Assembly: GCA_963665325.3 (NCBI GenBank)
Contig: OZ224045.1
Coordinates: 1,216,001-1,280,000, forward strand
From: Alphaproteobacteria bacterium
GTDB lineage: Bacteria > Pseudomonadota > Alphaproteobacteria > Bin95
Length of the DNA: 64,000 bases
Direction of reading: 5' to 3'
Shown: positions 31,394-40,979 of the stretch, in pieces
Layout: every line of letters begins with the position of its first letter
Numbering within the stretch: the first letter of the stretch is position 1
Translations under genes and position numbers: made by a program
Notes under the pieces: model-generated
What the model was told of the DNA's origin: nothing
Database searches by the model: none
What the model saw: only the letters and a program-made list of their open reading frames with translations

Positions 31394-32212
31394 TTACCGC
31401 GCCCGTTTGAGCGCCATCCGGGTGAAGTCTCCGAGGTCGAGGTCGGTCCCGAACTCGTAGCCCGACCAGTCCAGCACGGTGCTTTTCCCTGTGAGATGGT
31501 TGGTCATGGTTATCTTGCTGCTTCGCCAGAAGCGGTCGAGATATTTCCTGTAACCCTCCACGACCATCGTCTTGAGATGCGCATCCCTGCGGTCGTAGAA
31601 CTGGATCTGCATGGCGCGCAACTCCTCCCGGTCCAGCCAGACCAGCTGGCGCGAATATCCCGAGTCACCGCCGACAGGGACGCGTTCGGGGACGAAGCAT
31701 TCGAGTTCGCCGCATGGCTCGCTGCGCAGAAGCCGGTGGATGAATTTCCCGACCTCGGGACTACCGAGGTCCTCGTAAGAGAATTCGCTGCCCATGAAAG
31801 AGCCCGACTGGTTGGAGGAGCTGATACGCTTGACCCGTTTCAGGGCGGGGAGATAGAGCCACTGGTCATCGGCCTCCTTGTGGGCGTGAACGAGAAACGC
31901 CGTTCCCCTGACATCGCGCGGCCTGTCGAACACGAACAGGGTCCGGTCGCCGTCGCCCTCCACCTCGATAACCTTCAGGCGGACTTCCCGGCGGCTCTCC
32001 TGGCCCCGCTTGTTGCGGAGCGTCATCGTCATGCTTGCGACAAAATTGCCGAAACCCTTCTGCCGTCCGCGGACCTCCGTCGCGATCTTGAGCCCCTGTT
32101 CCTCGGGGCTGTCGGCCGCGCGGCCGGGAGAAGGCGCAACCGACCAGGCGAACACGGCCAGCATGGCCGCTGACAAGGCAAGCACCGGACGGGGGAGAGA
32201 GACGCCAATCAC
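31394..32212 (-). CDS. Outer-membrane lipoprotein-sorting (LolA-like) periplasmic protein
   Basis: Signal peptide; PRDVRGTAFL and DDQWLYLPALKRVKRISS...SFMGSEFSYEDL; start codon uncertain. Confidence 0.88.
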   Translation of the reverse strand: MIGVSLPRPVLALSAAMLAVFAWSVAPSPGRAADSPEEQGLKIATEVRGRQKGFGNFVASMTMTLRNKRGQESRREVRLKVIEVEGDGDRTLFVFDRPRDVRGTAFLVHAHKEADDQWLYLPALKRVKRISSSNQSGSFMGSEFSYEDLGSPEVGKFIHRLLRSEPCGELECFVPERVPVGGDSGYSRQLVWLDREELRAMQIQFYDRRDAHLKTMVVEGYRKYLDRFWRSSKITMTNHLTGKSTVLDWSGYEFGTDLDLGDFTRMALKRAR

Positions 32213-32281
32213 CGTTTCCTTCTGTCGGCACTGCTGCCGGAATCTCTCTGTAGAAGATAGCACATTGCCGGCCGCGCGCAC

Positions 32282-34612
32282 CTATCCGGCCTCCCGCCGC
32301 AACCGTTCCCCGATCTCCTCGGTCGTCTCCCTGGTGCCGTCGAGCGCCATCAGCAGGGGCGGGAGGAACAGGAAGTCCGCCAAGAGGGCGATGATGACCG
32401 TCATGCCCGCCAGCAGGCCGAGCGCCTGGTTGGTCACCATGCCCGACGCGCCGAACACCATGAAGCCGAGGCCGAACACGACCGTCGTCGCCAGCAGCGC
32501 CCTGCCCACAGAGCGGAAGGCGGACTGCACGGATTCCGACGGCAGCAGCCCGTTCTTCCTAGCGGCCGCATATTTGGTCATGAAATGGATCGTGTCGTCC
32601 ACGATGATGCCGAACGCGATGGCGGTGACAACCGACGCTGCGATGCCGACCTCGCCCACCAGATAACCCCAGAGGCCCATCGCCATGGCGGCCGGGACGA
32701 AATTGGGAATGAGGCTGATGACGCCGAGCCGCACACTCCTGAAGACGAGCAGGAGCAGCAGGGAGACGATGGCCATGGCGATGAAGGTGCCGAGCAGCAT
32801 GCCCTCTATGTTTCTCTGGATCGACCGGGCGCCGACGACCGCAACCCCGGTGGCGGCGGCTTCCATGGCCGGCGCGTTCTCGACGAGCCAGGCCCGCGCG
32901 CGCTCGTCGAGCGCCACCTTCTCGTCGCTGGAAAGGCTGCGCAGCACGACTGTCATGCGCGTGGACGACCGCCCGACATCGATGAGATTGTTGAGGTCGC
33001 GGCCCGCGGGCAGCGAAAATTCGTAGAGCAGCAGATATTGCGCGGCAAGGTCGGAGTCGTCGGGAAGAATGTTGAACGCCGGATCGTCGCCATGCAGGTT
33101 CCTGTTGAGCCGCTTCACGATGTCGGTGATGGCGAAGACATGCGCGGTTTCCGGCTGCGCCCGGTACCATTCGACGAACGCGTCCACCCGCTTCAGATAG
33201 TCGATATCCGTTATGCCGCCCTCGCGCCCGGCGCTCAGCGAATACTCATATGTTTCCACGCCGGTGAAATTCTCGCTGATGAAGTCCGTGGACCGGCGGA
33301 ACTCGTAGCTCTCGTCGAGAAGCTCCAGCCAGTTCTCCCTGAGCTCGATCCGCGAGATGCCGGCGACGAGCACGACAACCAGGACGCCGAACGCGCCGAG
33401 CAGAACTGTCCGGCGGGTTACGACGAAGCGGCCGAAACGGTCGAAGAGGTCGGATTCGCTCGCGCTTGCGGGCCGGACGCGCAGGGGCATCGCCGACAGG
33501 ACTACAGGCAGGAGCGTTACCGCATAGACGAAGGCGCACAAACAGCCGAACGCGACCATGTTGCCCATGACCCGGAAGGGCGGCATGTCCGCGAAATTCA
33601 GGCTGAGGAACCCGATTGCGGTCGTGATCGATGTGAGGAAAACCGGCCACAGATTAACCCGGAGCGACTGCATCGCAGCGTCCTTGCGCTCCAGGCCCCG
33701 GCGCAGGCCCGCCGCCATGCCCTCGAACATATGCACGGAATGCGCAACGGTGACCGCCATCAGCACGAACAGCGCCGCGCCGCTCTCACCGAAGAACTTC
33801 ATGCCGGTCCAGCCGGTGAAACCCACGGCGGAGGCGAGGACGGCAATGAGCATTATGACGATCGCAAGCGCGCCCCAGAGCGAGCGCAGCAGAATGACGG
33901 CGACGACCAGCATCGTTCCGAGCGCTGCCGGCGCGAGGATGCTCATATCCTCGTCGATCGCCTCGCGCATGGCGCGGTTGAGGACGAGTTCGCCGGTCAG
34001 GTGATAGTCGATGGCCGAATATTGCTCCCGGAATTCGACGGCCGTGGCGCGGAGGAAATCCGTCACCTCCGTCTTGGCCGATTGCCGGTCCGGCTCGGGA
34101 AGCGCGACGCTGACCGCCAGGCCGGCGACGCGGCCGTTGCGGGAGACGAAACGCCCGGCGATTTCTTCGGTGCCGAGCGCGATTTTCCCGATGCGCGCGA
34201 GGTCCTCGTCGCTCAGCGACGTGGCGTCGCCGATCAGCGGCTCGACGATCAGCTCGTCCTCAAGGCCCTCGCTGTGCTGGTAGTTGGTTATCGAATCGAC
34301 GCGGGTGACATAAGGCGTCTGCCAGAGCCGGTCTGTCAGATCTTCGATGGCGGCGAGCGCCTCGCGCGTGAAAATCGTGCCCTCCCGCGGCGCCGCGACA
34401 ACGAGCGCGGCGTCGGACAGGGCATAGGTCTCCTCCAGCCGGTCCAGAGCGACGATATGCGGGTCGTCATGGCCGAAATGGTTCCGGACATCGACATCGA
34501 CCTCCACCAGCCGTCCGGCGCCCGCGGCAAGGACCGTCATGACCTGCAGGGCTGCCAGGACGGTCAGCCATCTCCGGCCCATGACGAGTGCTATGCAGGC
34601 GTCCAAATTCAT
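32282..34612 (-). CDS. MMPL/RND-family lipid transporter
   Basis: Two-repeat RND topology; LTSITTAIGFLSL, SLIPN..P and IAFGIIVDDTIHF motifs. Confidence 0.9.
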   Translation of the reverse strand: MNLDACIALVMGRRWLTVLAALQVMTVLAAGAGRLVEVDVDVRNHFGHDDPHIVALDRLEETYALSDAALVVAAPREGTIFTREALAAIEDLTDRLWQTPYVTRVDSITNYQHSEGLEDELIVEPLIGDATSLSDEDLARIGKIALGTEEIAGRFVSRNGRVAGLAVSVALPEPDRQSAKTEVTDFLRATAVEFREQYSAIDYHLTGELVLNRAMREAIDEDMSILAPAALGTMLVVAVILLRSLWGALAIVIMLIAVLASAVGFTGWTGMKFFGESGAALFVLMAVTVAHSVHMFEGMAAGLRRGLERKDAAMQSLRVNLWPVFLTSITTAIGFLSLNFADMPPFRVMGNMVAFGCLCAFVYAVTLLPVVLSAMPLRVRPASASESDLFDRFGRFVVTRRTVLLGAFGVLVVVLVAGISRIELRENWLELLDESYEFRRSTDFISENFTGVETYEYSLSAGREGGITDIDYLKRVDAFVEWYRAQPETAHVFAITDIVKRLNRNLHGDDPAFNILPDDSDLAAQYLLLYEFSLPAGRDLNNLIDVGRSSTRMTVVLRSLSSDEKVALDERARAWLVENAPAMEAAATGVAVVGARSIQRNIEGMLLGTFIAMAIVSLLLLLVFRSVRLGVISLIPNFVPAAMAMGLWGYLVGEVGIAASVVTAIAFGIIVDDTIHFMTKYAAARKNGLLPSESVQSAFRSVGRALLATTVVFGLGFMVFGASGMVTNQALGLLAGMTVIIALLADFLFLPPLLMALDGTRETTEEIGERLRREAG

Positions 34613-35021
34613 GTCGCCGGAGCGCTGGACCGGAGGACGGATCGGAGACCGACACTCGCCGCGCCGGAGAACGCAGACGGACATCGGGAGAAGAAATTCG
34701 TCATCGACTGCATTTCCGGGACAGTGTCCCAGCCTCCGGCTTCGTTGTCCATCCGCCTTTCGGGCCCCGGCGACACGGCAAATTCGTTCTGATTTTCGTC
34801 CACGGATTGGAGCACTCGATCAGGGACCACCAGCATTCGTTGGGACCCTTGCAGCCGCTCGGCGCGGCATTTGACCATCGTCGTTCTGCTCTTGACGATC
34901 CTGCTTGCATCGCAGGGAGGAATCTCAAATCGCAAGCTCAACCGGAGGGGGTGGGGCGCTCGCCGCGCTCACGCATGAGCCGCCGAAGGAGGGCGCCCGG
35001 TTGCGCCCGGCGCAATCGTCG

Positions 35022-36188
35022 TTATGGGTCTGCCGTTGTCCTGCTGCCGGTCATTATGGCGCTCACGGCCTGCCCGACCCGTTCGGCAGCGGCTTCGATG
35101 TCGCGGTCGGCGAGATGGGCGTAGCGAAGCGTCATCTGGACATCCGTATGGCCGAGCAGGCGGGAGACGACGGGCACGGGCACGCCGTTCATTATGGCAT
35201 GGCTCGCCATCGTATGCCGGAGGTCGTGAAGACGGCAGTCCTCGATTCCGGCCTCGCAGCGGACCCGGTCCCACAGCCCGAGGTTCGAACAGCGCGGGCG
35301 GGTGGGGTCGCGCGGCGAGGGGAACACGAACGGGCTGCCTGTTTCCGGCTGCCGGTCGAGAATGGCGCGGGCCTGGCTGTTGAGCGGAACCGTCCTCGGC
35401 CCCGTCTTGGCGTCTGCGAGCGCCAGCATGCCGTCGCGGATTTCCGACCGGCGCAGATTGACGATCTCGCCCCTGCGGCATCCGGTGAGCAGCAGCAGCC
35501 GGATGATGTCGGCCTGCGGACGTCTGTCCTTGCAGGACAGCGCATCCAGGACGGCGTGCAGGCGTCCAAGTTCTTCCTTGGACAGGAAGCGCGTGAGCTT
35601 CGCGCGCCGGTTGAACGCGATGCCCAGTGCGGGGTTGCGTTCGATATGGCCGCAGGCGACGGCGAAGTTCAGGATTTGCCGGAGGCGACCGAGTATGTGA
35701 TTGGCGTTGCCCGGCGCGGTCCGGCTGAAGCGGTCGAACCAGCGCCCGATCCGGGCCTCGCTTATGCGGTCCAGCGGTTTCGATCCGAAGACGGGAAGAA
35801 GCTGGCTCGCCAGCGCATACCGGGCGGTCTTCTTCGTCGAAGGCTTGTAGCGGTCGTAGTGCGCCGCCTTCCACGGCCCCGATACGAAGTCCCGGAACAG
35901 CGGGACCGGACAAGCAGTCTCGATGCTCTTCCCGGGCTCCGGGTTCGCACGGCGGGCGTGGCATTCCCTGCGGACCTCCTCCAGGCTCTTCATGCTGATC
36001 GGACCGAGCGAGATGCGCTTCGTGCGCCCGCCGATGTCCAGAAGCAACACATAGCTGCGCCCGCCGGTGGGCCGCACCCGGACGCCGAGGCCGGCGATGC
36101 GGCTGTCCCAGACCGTGTATTCCCGCTCGCGGGGACGGAGCCGGGCAATGGCGGCGTCGGTGAGTTTTATCCTCTCCCTGCCCGCCAT
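35022..36188 (-). CDS. Tyrosine integrase with arm-binding N-terminal domain (intact)
   Basis: WDSRIAGLGVRVRPTG; LTGCRRGEI, RLHDLRHT and LLGHTDVQMTLRYAH. Confidence 0.92.
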   Translation of the reverse strand: MAGRERIKLTDAAIARLRPREREYTVWDSRIAGLGVRVRPTGGRSYVLLLDIGGRTKRISLGPISMKSLEEVRRECHARRANPEPGKSIETACPVPLFRDFVSGPWKAAHYDRYKPSTKKTARYALASQLLPVFGSKPLDRISEARIGRWFDRFSRTAPGNANHILGRLRQILNFAVACGHIERNPALGIAFNRRAKLTRFLSKEELGRLHAVLDALSCKDRRPQADIIRLLLLTGCRRGEIVNLRRSEIRDGMLALADAKTGPRTVPLNSQARAILDRQPETGSPFVFPSPRDPTRPRCSNLGLWDRVRCEAGIEDCRLHDLRHTMASHAIMNGVPVPVVSRLLGHTDVQMTLRYAHLADRDIEAAAERVGQAVSAIMTGSRTTADP

Positions 36189-36191
36189 CGC

Positions 36192-37459
36192 TCAGTTTCC
36201 CTCAAGCGCGGCGCCGACCGTCTCGGCGGCCTCGCGCACCATGGCGTCGGCAAGGTGGATGTATTTCAGCGTGGTCTCCGGCCTGTTGTGGCCGAGCAGC
36301 CGGCCGATCGCCAGCACGGTCTCGCCCTGCCTGAGCGCCAGGCTCGCTACCGTGTGGCGCAGGTCGTGAAGATGCACGTCCTCAAGCCCCGCCTCCTCCC
36401 GGACCCGCTTCCAGAAACGCTCCAGCCAGTTGATGCTCCGGGGGCGGTCGCCCCGCGACGCCGGGAACACCCGGCGCCCCTTCCGCTCGATGCCGTCGAG
36501 AACGGCGCGCGCCGGTCCGGAGAGCCACACTGTCCTCGGCCCCGTCTTGCCGTCGCGCAGGAACAGGTGGCCGTCCCGGTAGTCGGACCAGCTGAGCGTC
36601 AGGATTTCGCTCTTGCGGCACCCGGTGAGCAGCAACAGGCGGATGAGCGCGGCCTGACCGGGCCATCGGGCCTCATGCGCAGTCAGCCTTTCCGACAGGC
36701 GGCGGATTTCGTCGTCGGAGAGGAACCGCTCCCGGCCCTTGCGGCGGTAGCGCCGGATGCCCCGGCAGGGATTGGAGCCCTCGGGCCGCAGGCCCATGCG
36801 CTCCGCCTCCCTCATGATGACGGAGAGGACCGGCATGGACCTGTCCGCCGCCACCGGCGTGGCGCGCAGGCGGGCGAACCAGTTCCTCACCTCCTGCCGG
36901 TCGATGGCGGCAATCGGCCGCCCTGTGAAATGCGGCAGCAGCTGGTTGTGAAGATAGCAGCGGTTGACGGACAGCGTCCCCGGCTTCCAGAGCCGCTCGT
37001 AATGCCCGAACGTCGCCTCGGCGACGGCTTCGAAGACAGTCTCGCCGGGCGCGTGGAGCATGTCCTCGCCGCGCCGGACGGCGGCAAGCATTTCAGTAGC
37101 CGAAGCCCGCGCCTCCGTGACGGAAACCGTTCGGGTCTCGGGGGACGGAACACGCGCGGTTGCTATTGGAATGATGCAGTCCCGAGGGAAGCTGCGACCT
37201 TCCGATCGTTCAGCCCGGCTTGGCACCGCGCGCATCCCCCGAGCGTCGAACGGTTACCCGTGACGTTCATGCTCTCGGCGTCGCCGACGATCCTCCAGGT
37301 CCGTTCGCCCCGATGCTGGCACTGGATGAAGAACTGCTTGCGACCCGACGGCGACACGCGCACGCCGAAGCCCCTGAGCTTCACGTCACGGAAGTCTCGG
37401 ACTGTCTTGCGCGATTTGAGCGCCCCCACGCGGGCGTCGGTGAGGATGGTTGCAGGCAT
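36192..37459 (-). pseudogene. Tyrosine integrase interrupted by a MITE
   Basis: N-terminus MPATILTDARV...GFGVRVSPSGRK, catalytic LTGCRKSEI, HDLRHT and LLGH..TTLKYIH. Removing 37123-37265 restores MNVTEARASA in frame. Confidence 0.9.
37123..37257. mobile_element. 135-bp MITE with IS66-type ends
   Basis: 8-bp direct repeat CCGTGACG at 37115-37122 and 37258-37265. TIRs GAAACCGTTCGGGTCTCGGGGGA vs GTAACCGTTCGACGCTCGGGGGA match at 19/23 positions. Confidence 0.88.
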
Positions 37460-37573
37460 GCCTTTCTCCCGGCTCCGGTGGCAGCCGGGGAACAGGCAGT
37501 TGTGAACTGCTTCCCCGACCGCTATATTTTCGGGAGAAAAAACGACACTAAATCAGATAGTTAGCACCCACCG

Positions 37574-38335
37574 GTGCGCTCCATGGTGTCGGTCTTCTTC
37601 CGGGTCATGAACAACCCCTTCTGGCGATCGGTTACCCTTCTCGCCGGCGCGACGGTCGACTGCGAGACGGTTCAGGGTCAACGCGGGCCCGAGGTCTCGC
37701 GGATTCTTGCCGTCGATTTTTCCACGGCATCGCCCCGGACGTCGTCTTTCGCCCCCGTGCCCGGTAATGGGCGCACAGCCTCCGAACCTGGTATCGGCCA
37801 CGCCGGCCCCGCCGAACCCGGTCCCGGGCGCCGGATCAGGGCGCTGGTGAAATGGTTCATGCCGATGAAGGGCTACGGCTTCCTGGAGCCCGAGGACGGC
37901 TCGCCCGACGTGTTCTGCCACCTCAGCACCGTCGAGGCGTCCGGCCGGGACACCCTGCCCCAGGGCGCCGTCGTGACCTGCGAGATCGTGCAGGGCGACC
38001 GGGGACCTCAGGTGTCGAGGATCGTTGAGGTCGGTCCGCCGCCAGCCGGGCACGGCCCGGCGGACCGCAGCCAGCCCTTCGGCGCCCGCTATCCGGATCC
38101 GCAGGCCGATGCTCCGCCGTCCGCCGTCGTGGACCTGCCCGCTACTGTCAAGTTCTTCGACCCGGCGCGCGGGTTCGGCTTCGTCGTGCCGGACGACGGC
38201 GGCTGCGAGGTGTTCGTACATGTCAGCGTACTGTTCCGTTCCGGCATGACGGACCTGCAGCCGGGGCAGCGCGTCTTCGTCCGCGCGGAAAGCGTACCGC
38301 GCGGGCTCCAGGCGACGGAGATAGAACCCGTCTGA
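37574..38335 (+). CDS. Multi-cold-shock-domain protein (two full CSDs + a truncated first CSD)
   Basis: VKWFMPMKGYGFL..DVFCHLS and VKFFDPARGFGFV..EVFVHVS. The first unit keeps only VDCETVQGQRGPEVSRI, so the 5' end is probably lost. Confidence 0.8.
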   Translation: MRSMVSVFFRVMNNPFWRSVTLLAGATVDCETVQGQRGPEVSRILAVDFSTASPRTSSFAPVPGNGRTASEPGIGHAGPAEPGPGRRIRALVKWFMPMKGYGFLEPEDGSPDVFCHLSTVEASGRDTLPQGAVVTCEIVQGDRGPQVSRIVEVGPPPAGHGPADRSQPFGARYPDPQADAPPSAVVDLPATVKFFDPARGFGFVVPDDGGCEVFVHVSVLFRSGMTDLQPGQRVFVRAESVPRGLQATEIEPV

Positions 38336-38733
38336 ACGGAGCCGGCCCCGACAGGACCCGCTTCGGCTCCGGAACCCCTCAGCCCCTCGGTAGAGGTGCC
38401 CCGAACCGGGCAGTCTCCCGGACCGCACAGCACCCGGGATGCTGGGGCATCCAGTCGATCTTGCCGTCCAAATACTCGCCGGTTTCGTCGATGGCCCCGC
38501 ATTCCGGCTCTGCCGCGGTCAAGTGCCGCCACATGTCCACGTCGGTGCCGAGTTGCTCCTCGTTGGGGTCTTCATCCCGATCAGGAACGGGCGACCGCGA
38601 ACCGGACGTTCGACCTTCCGGTCCCGACCCCGACCCCGCATATGCAAGCGATGGTGCGGTCCCGCATCACCCGGAACTCCCTGTCGGTCAGGGTAGGCGC
38701 GGGCGCGGCAGCGATGCGGTCGCCGGTGCCTAA

Positions 38734-40803
38734 CCCAAGTTTAACAGAGCATTTTGAAGATCATTGATTATCAATGCCTTACGGAGCAATAATTTCGCGT
38801 CTGGCACTACATTTCGGTTATTTCGCCCGGTTCGGGATCAGACGATCATTTTCCTGATGCCTCCAGGGGCGGGGTCGATGCCGAGCGCGCGATAGATTTC
38901 TTGCTGTTCGGGCTCGGCCCGTGTGGCCTTGCGGACATGCAAGGTGCGTCCGTCCTTGCGCCTGAAGGTCGCGGTGACCCGCTGCTGGCCTTCGAGGATG
39001 GCTCGCAGGCTGGCCCAGCTGGCGTGTTCGCCGTGCTCGGCGAGGCGCCGGCGGATGGTCTGCACCATCTGGTAGGCGATCACGGTGATGAACAGGTGGC
39101 CGTCGGAGCGCCTCTGGGTCTGGTGGAAGATGGGGCGCAGGCCGAGTTCCGACTTGAGCGATCGGAACACCGCCTCCACATCGGTGAGCGAGGTATAGGT
39201 CCGCCACAGCGCCTCCTCGTCCCAGTCCTCGACGTTGGTGCGCAGGCAGTAAACGCCGGGATGGGTGGCCATGGTGCCGGCGAGCGGGCGGCGCTCCCAT
39301 GTGACGGCCCGGGCCTTCTCGCCGCTTTCGTCGGCGATGACGTCGATGTCGTAGTGGGCCGCGGCGCCGCGGCTCTTCTCCCTGATCCGGCCGATCCGCT
39401 GCCAGACATGGTCGAGCCGCTTGCGGGTGCGCGGCCGCTTGAGGCCGTCGTGGAGCTTCTGCATCTCGCCCTCGAAGCGCGCGGCGAAGCGGTTTGCGAT
39501 GCCCTGTTCCTTCTTCGCCCGCGCCTCGGAGTAGCAGTAGAGCCGCGCCTCTCCAGCTTCGGCGTCGACCGCCTTGTGGACATGGACCGTCTGGCGCGAC
39601 CGGGTCTCGATGGCCAGCGCCAGCTCGGGATCGAAGCGGCGGGTGCGTTCCCGGCTGACCGCGAGATAGCGGTAGCCGTTCGCGCGCAGCCAGGCGATGT
39701 TGGCCTCGGTGGCGATCCCCGCATCCATCACCACCAGCGCGTCCGCCGGCGCGCCCAGGGCGCCGAGCATCGACGCCAGGGTCCTGTCTTCGTTGACCGC
39801 GCCCGAGAACACCTCGGAGCGGCGCACGAAGCCCGAGCCGTCGAGCACCAGCCCCAGGGTCAAGAGCGGGCAATCCGAGCGCTTCTCCTTGGAATGGCCG
39901 CGTTCGGCCTTGGCCTGGGCCGCCGCCGCGCCCTCGAAGAAGGTGTTGGTCAGGTCGTACAGCGTCACCGTGTGGCGCAGGCCGAACAGATCCGTCGCCC
40001 GATCGAACAGATGCGCCTCGATCGCCGCGCGCTGCGCCATCAGGGCGTCGGAGGCGCGGTACAGGCGCATCATGCTCATGCGCTCGAAGTCCACCCCCAG
40101 CAACTCGCCGAGCGCCGAACGCTCGCACAGCCAGCGCCAGGAGGCGCGCTCCGAGCCCGGCGCCGCCATGCGCGCGATCACGGTGGCCATGGCGAGCGCG
40201 CGCTGCGTGCCGTTGAAGCCCAGGCGCTCCAGCAAAGCCTCCAGGCCGAGCCGCTCCATGGCCCACAGCCCGACATGCTCGACGCCGACCGAACGCGGGC
40301 GGATCAGCTCCAGGGAGCCGACATCCACCGTCTGCAGGTCAGGGCGCCCGGTCCCGCCGGACGGCGCGCTGTTGAGCAATTGCGCGGCGATGCGCTGGGC
40401 GTGCCGCTCGACCTCCTCCGGACAGGACAGCGAAACCAGCTCGGCCTGGCGGTCGAGCTGCTGCTGGATCCGGCTGCACAGCACCGCCCAGTGCCGCCGC
40501 TCGACAGGGAAGTCGCTCCCCAGGTTGAGCAGGGTGCGCTGGCGGATCTTCCCGCCGTCGCGCTCCGAGCGAACAAGGCGATGGGAATAATAGACCTCGC
40601 CGCGCTCGCCGGTTCCGGTCCTGGTGCGGCGAATGAACATGGCGCACAGCATAGGAGCGGGCGCAAGGTCTCGAAATCCCCAAGTGAAAATATTATGGCA
40701 CTACATTGCGCCCCCGGAAACCTCAATCCAGCAATATCAATGGCTTGATGACACCGCGCCGGCCAACCTCGACAAAATCGGCCACCAAAACGTTAAACTT
40801 GGG
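38734..40803 (-). mobile_element. IS1634-family insertion sequence, apparently intact
   Basis: Perfect 12-bp TIR CCCAAGTTTAAC / GTTAAACTTGGG; flanking CTAA duplication at 38730-38733 and 40804-40807. Confidence 0.9.
38838..40640 (-). CDS. IS1634-family DDE transposase
   Basis: MFIRRT..., LYDLTNTFFEG, GHSKEKRSD, VVMDAGI and VEAVFRSLKSELGLRPIFH. Confidence 0.92.
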   Translation of the reverse strand: MFIRRTRTGTGERGEVYYSHRLVRSERDGGKIRQRTLLNLGSDFPVERRHWAVLCSRIQQQLDRQAELVSLSCPEEVERHAQRIAAQLLNSAPSGGTGRPDLQTVDVGSLELIRPRSVGVEHVGLWAMERLGLEALLERLGFNGTQRALAMATVIARMAAPGSERASWRWLCERSALGELLGVDFERMSMMRLYRASDALMAQRAAIEAHLFDRATDLFGLRHTVTLYDLTNTFFEGAAAAQAKAERGHSKEKRSDCPLLTLGLVLDGSGFVRRSEVFSGAVNEDRTLASMLGALGAPADALVVMDAGIATEANIAWLRANGYRYLAVSRERTRRFDPELALAIETRSRQTVHVHKAVDAEAGEARLYCYSEARAKKEQGIANRFAARFEGEMQKLHDGLKRPRTRKRLDHVWQRIGRIREKSRGAAAHYDIDVIADESGEKARAVTWERRPLAGTMATHPGVYCLRTNVEDWDEEALWRTYTSLTDVEAVFRSLKSELGLRPIFHQTQRRSDGHLFITVIAYQMVQTIRRRLAEHGEHASWASLRAILEGQQRVTATFRRKDGRTLHVRKATRAEPEQQEIYRALGIDPAPGGIRKMIV

Positions 40804-40979
40804 CTAAGCCCATCGGATGGGTGTTCTTGATTGAGCCTCCTCGGCCCAATCCGAAATGTGGGCAGGATTCCAAGGGACCGCCATCTCATCCACCACGGCC
40901 TGTTACGGGAGATGAATTTCCCCGCCGCCTCGTCCATGCTGTCTGGTTACGGACGCATCGGCGACAGGGAGCGGCGGAG

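Larger units (their letters stand above)
38581..40831 (-). pseudogene. carB: Short degenerate carB fragment, split by IS1634
   Basis: Joining 40831-40808 to 38733-38581 gives [33 protein letters not shown]...GVGTGRSNVRFAV, against CarB [29 protein letters not shown].MRD...GVETGGSNVQFAV. Confidence 0.75.

Noticed and set aside
37570-37640. - strand VTDRQKGLFMTRKKTDT, faintly like an IS21 IstA N-terminus
   Set aside because: Too short, and no terminal repeat found.
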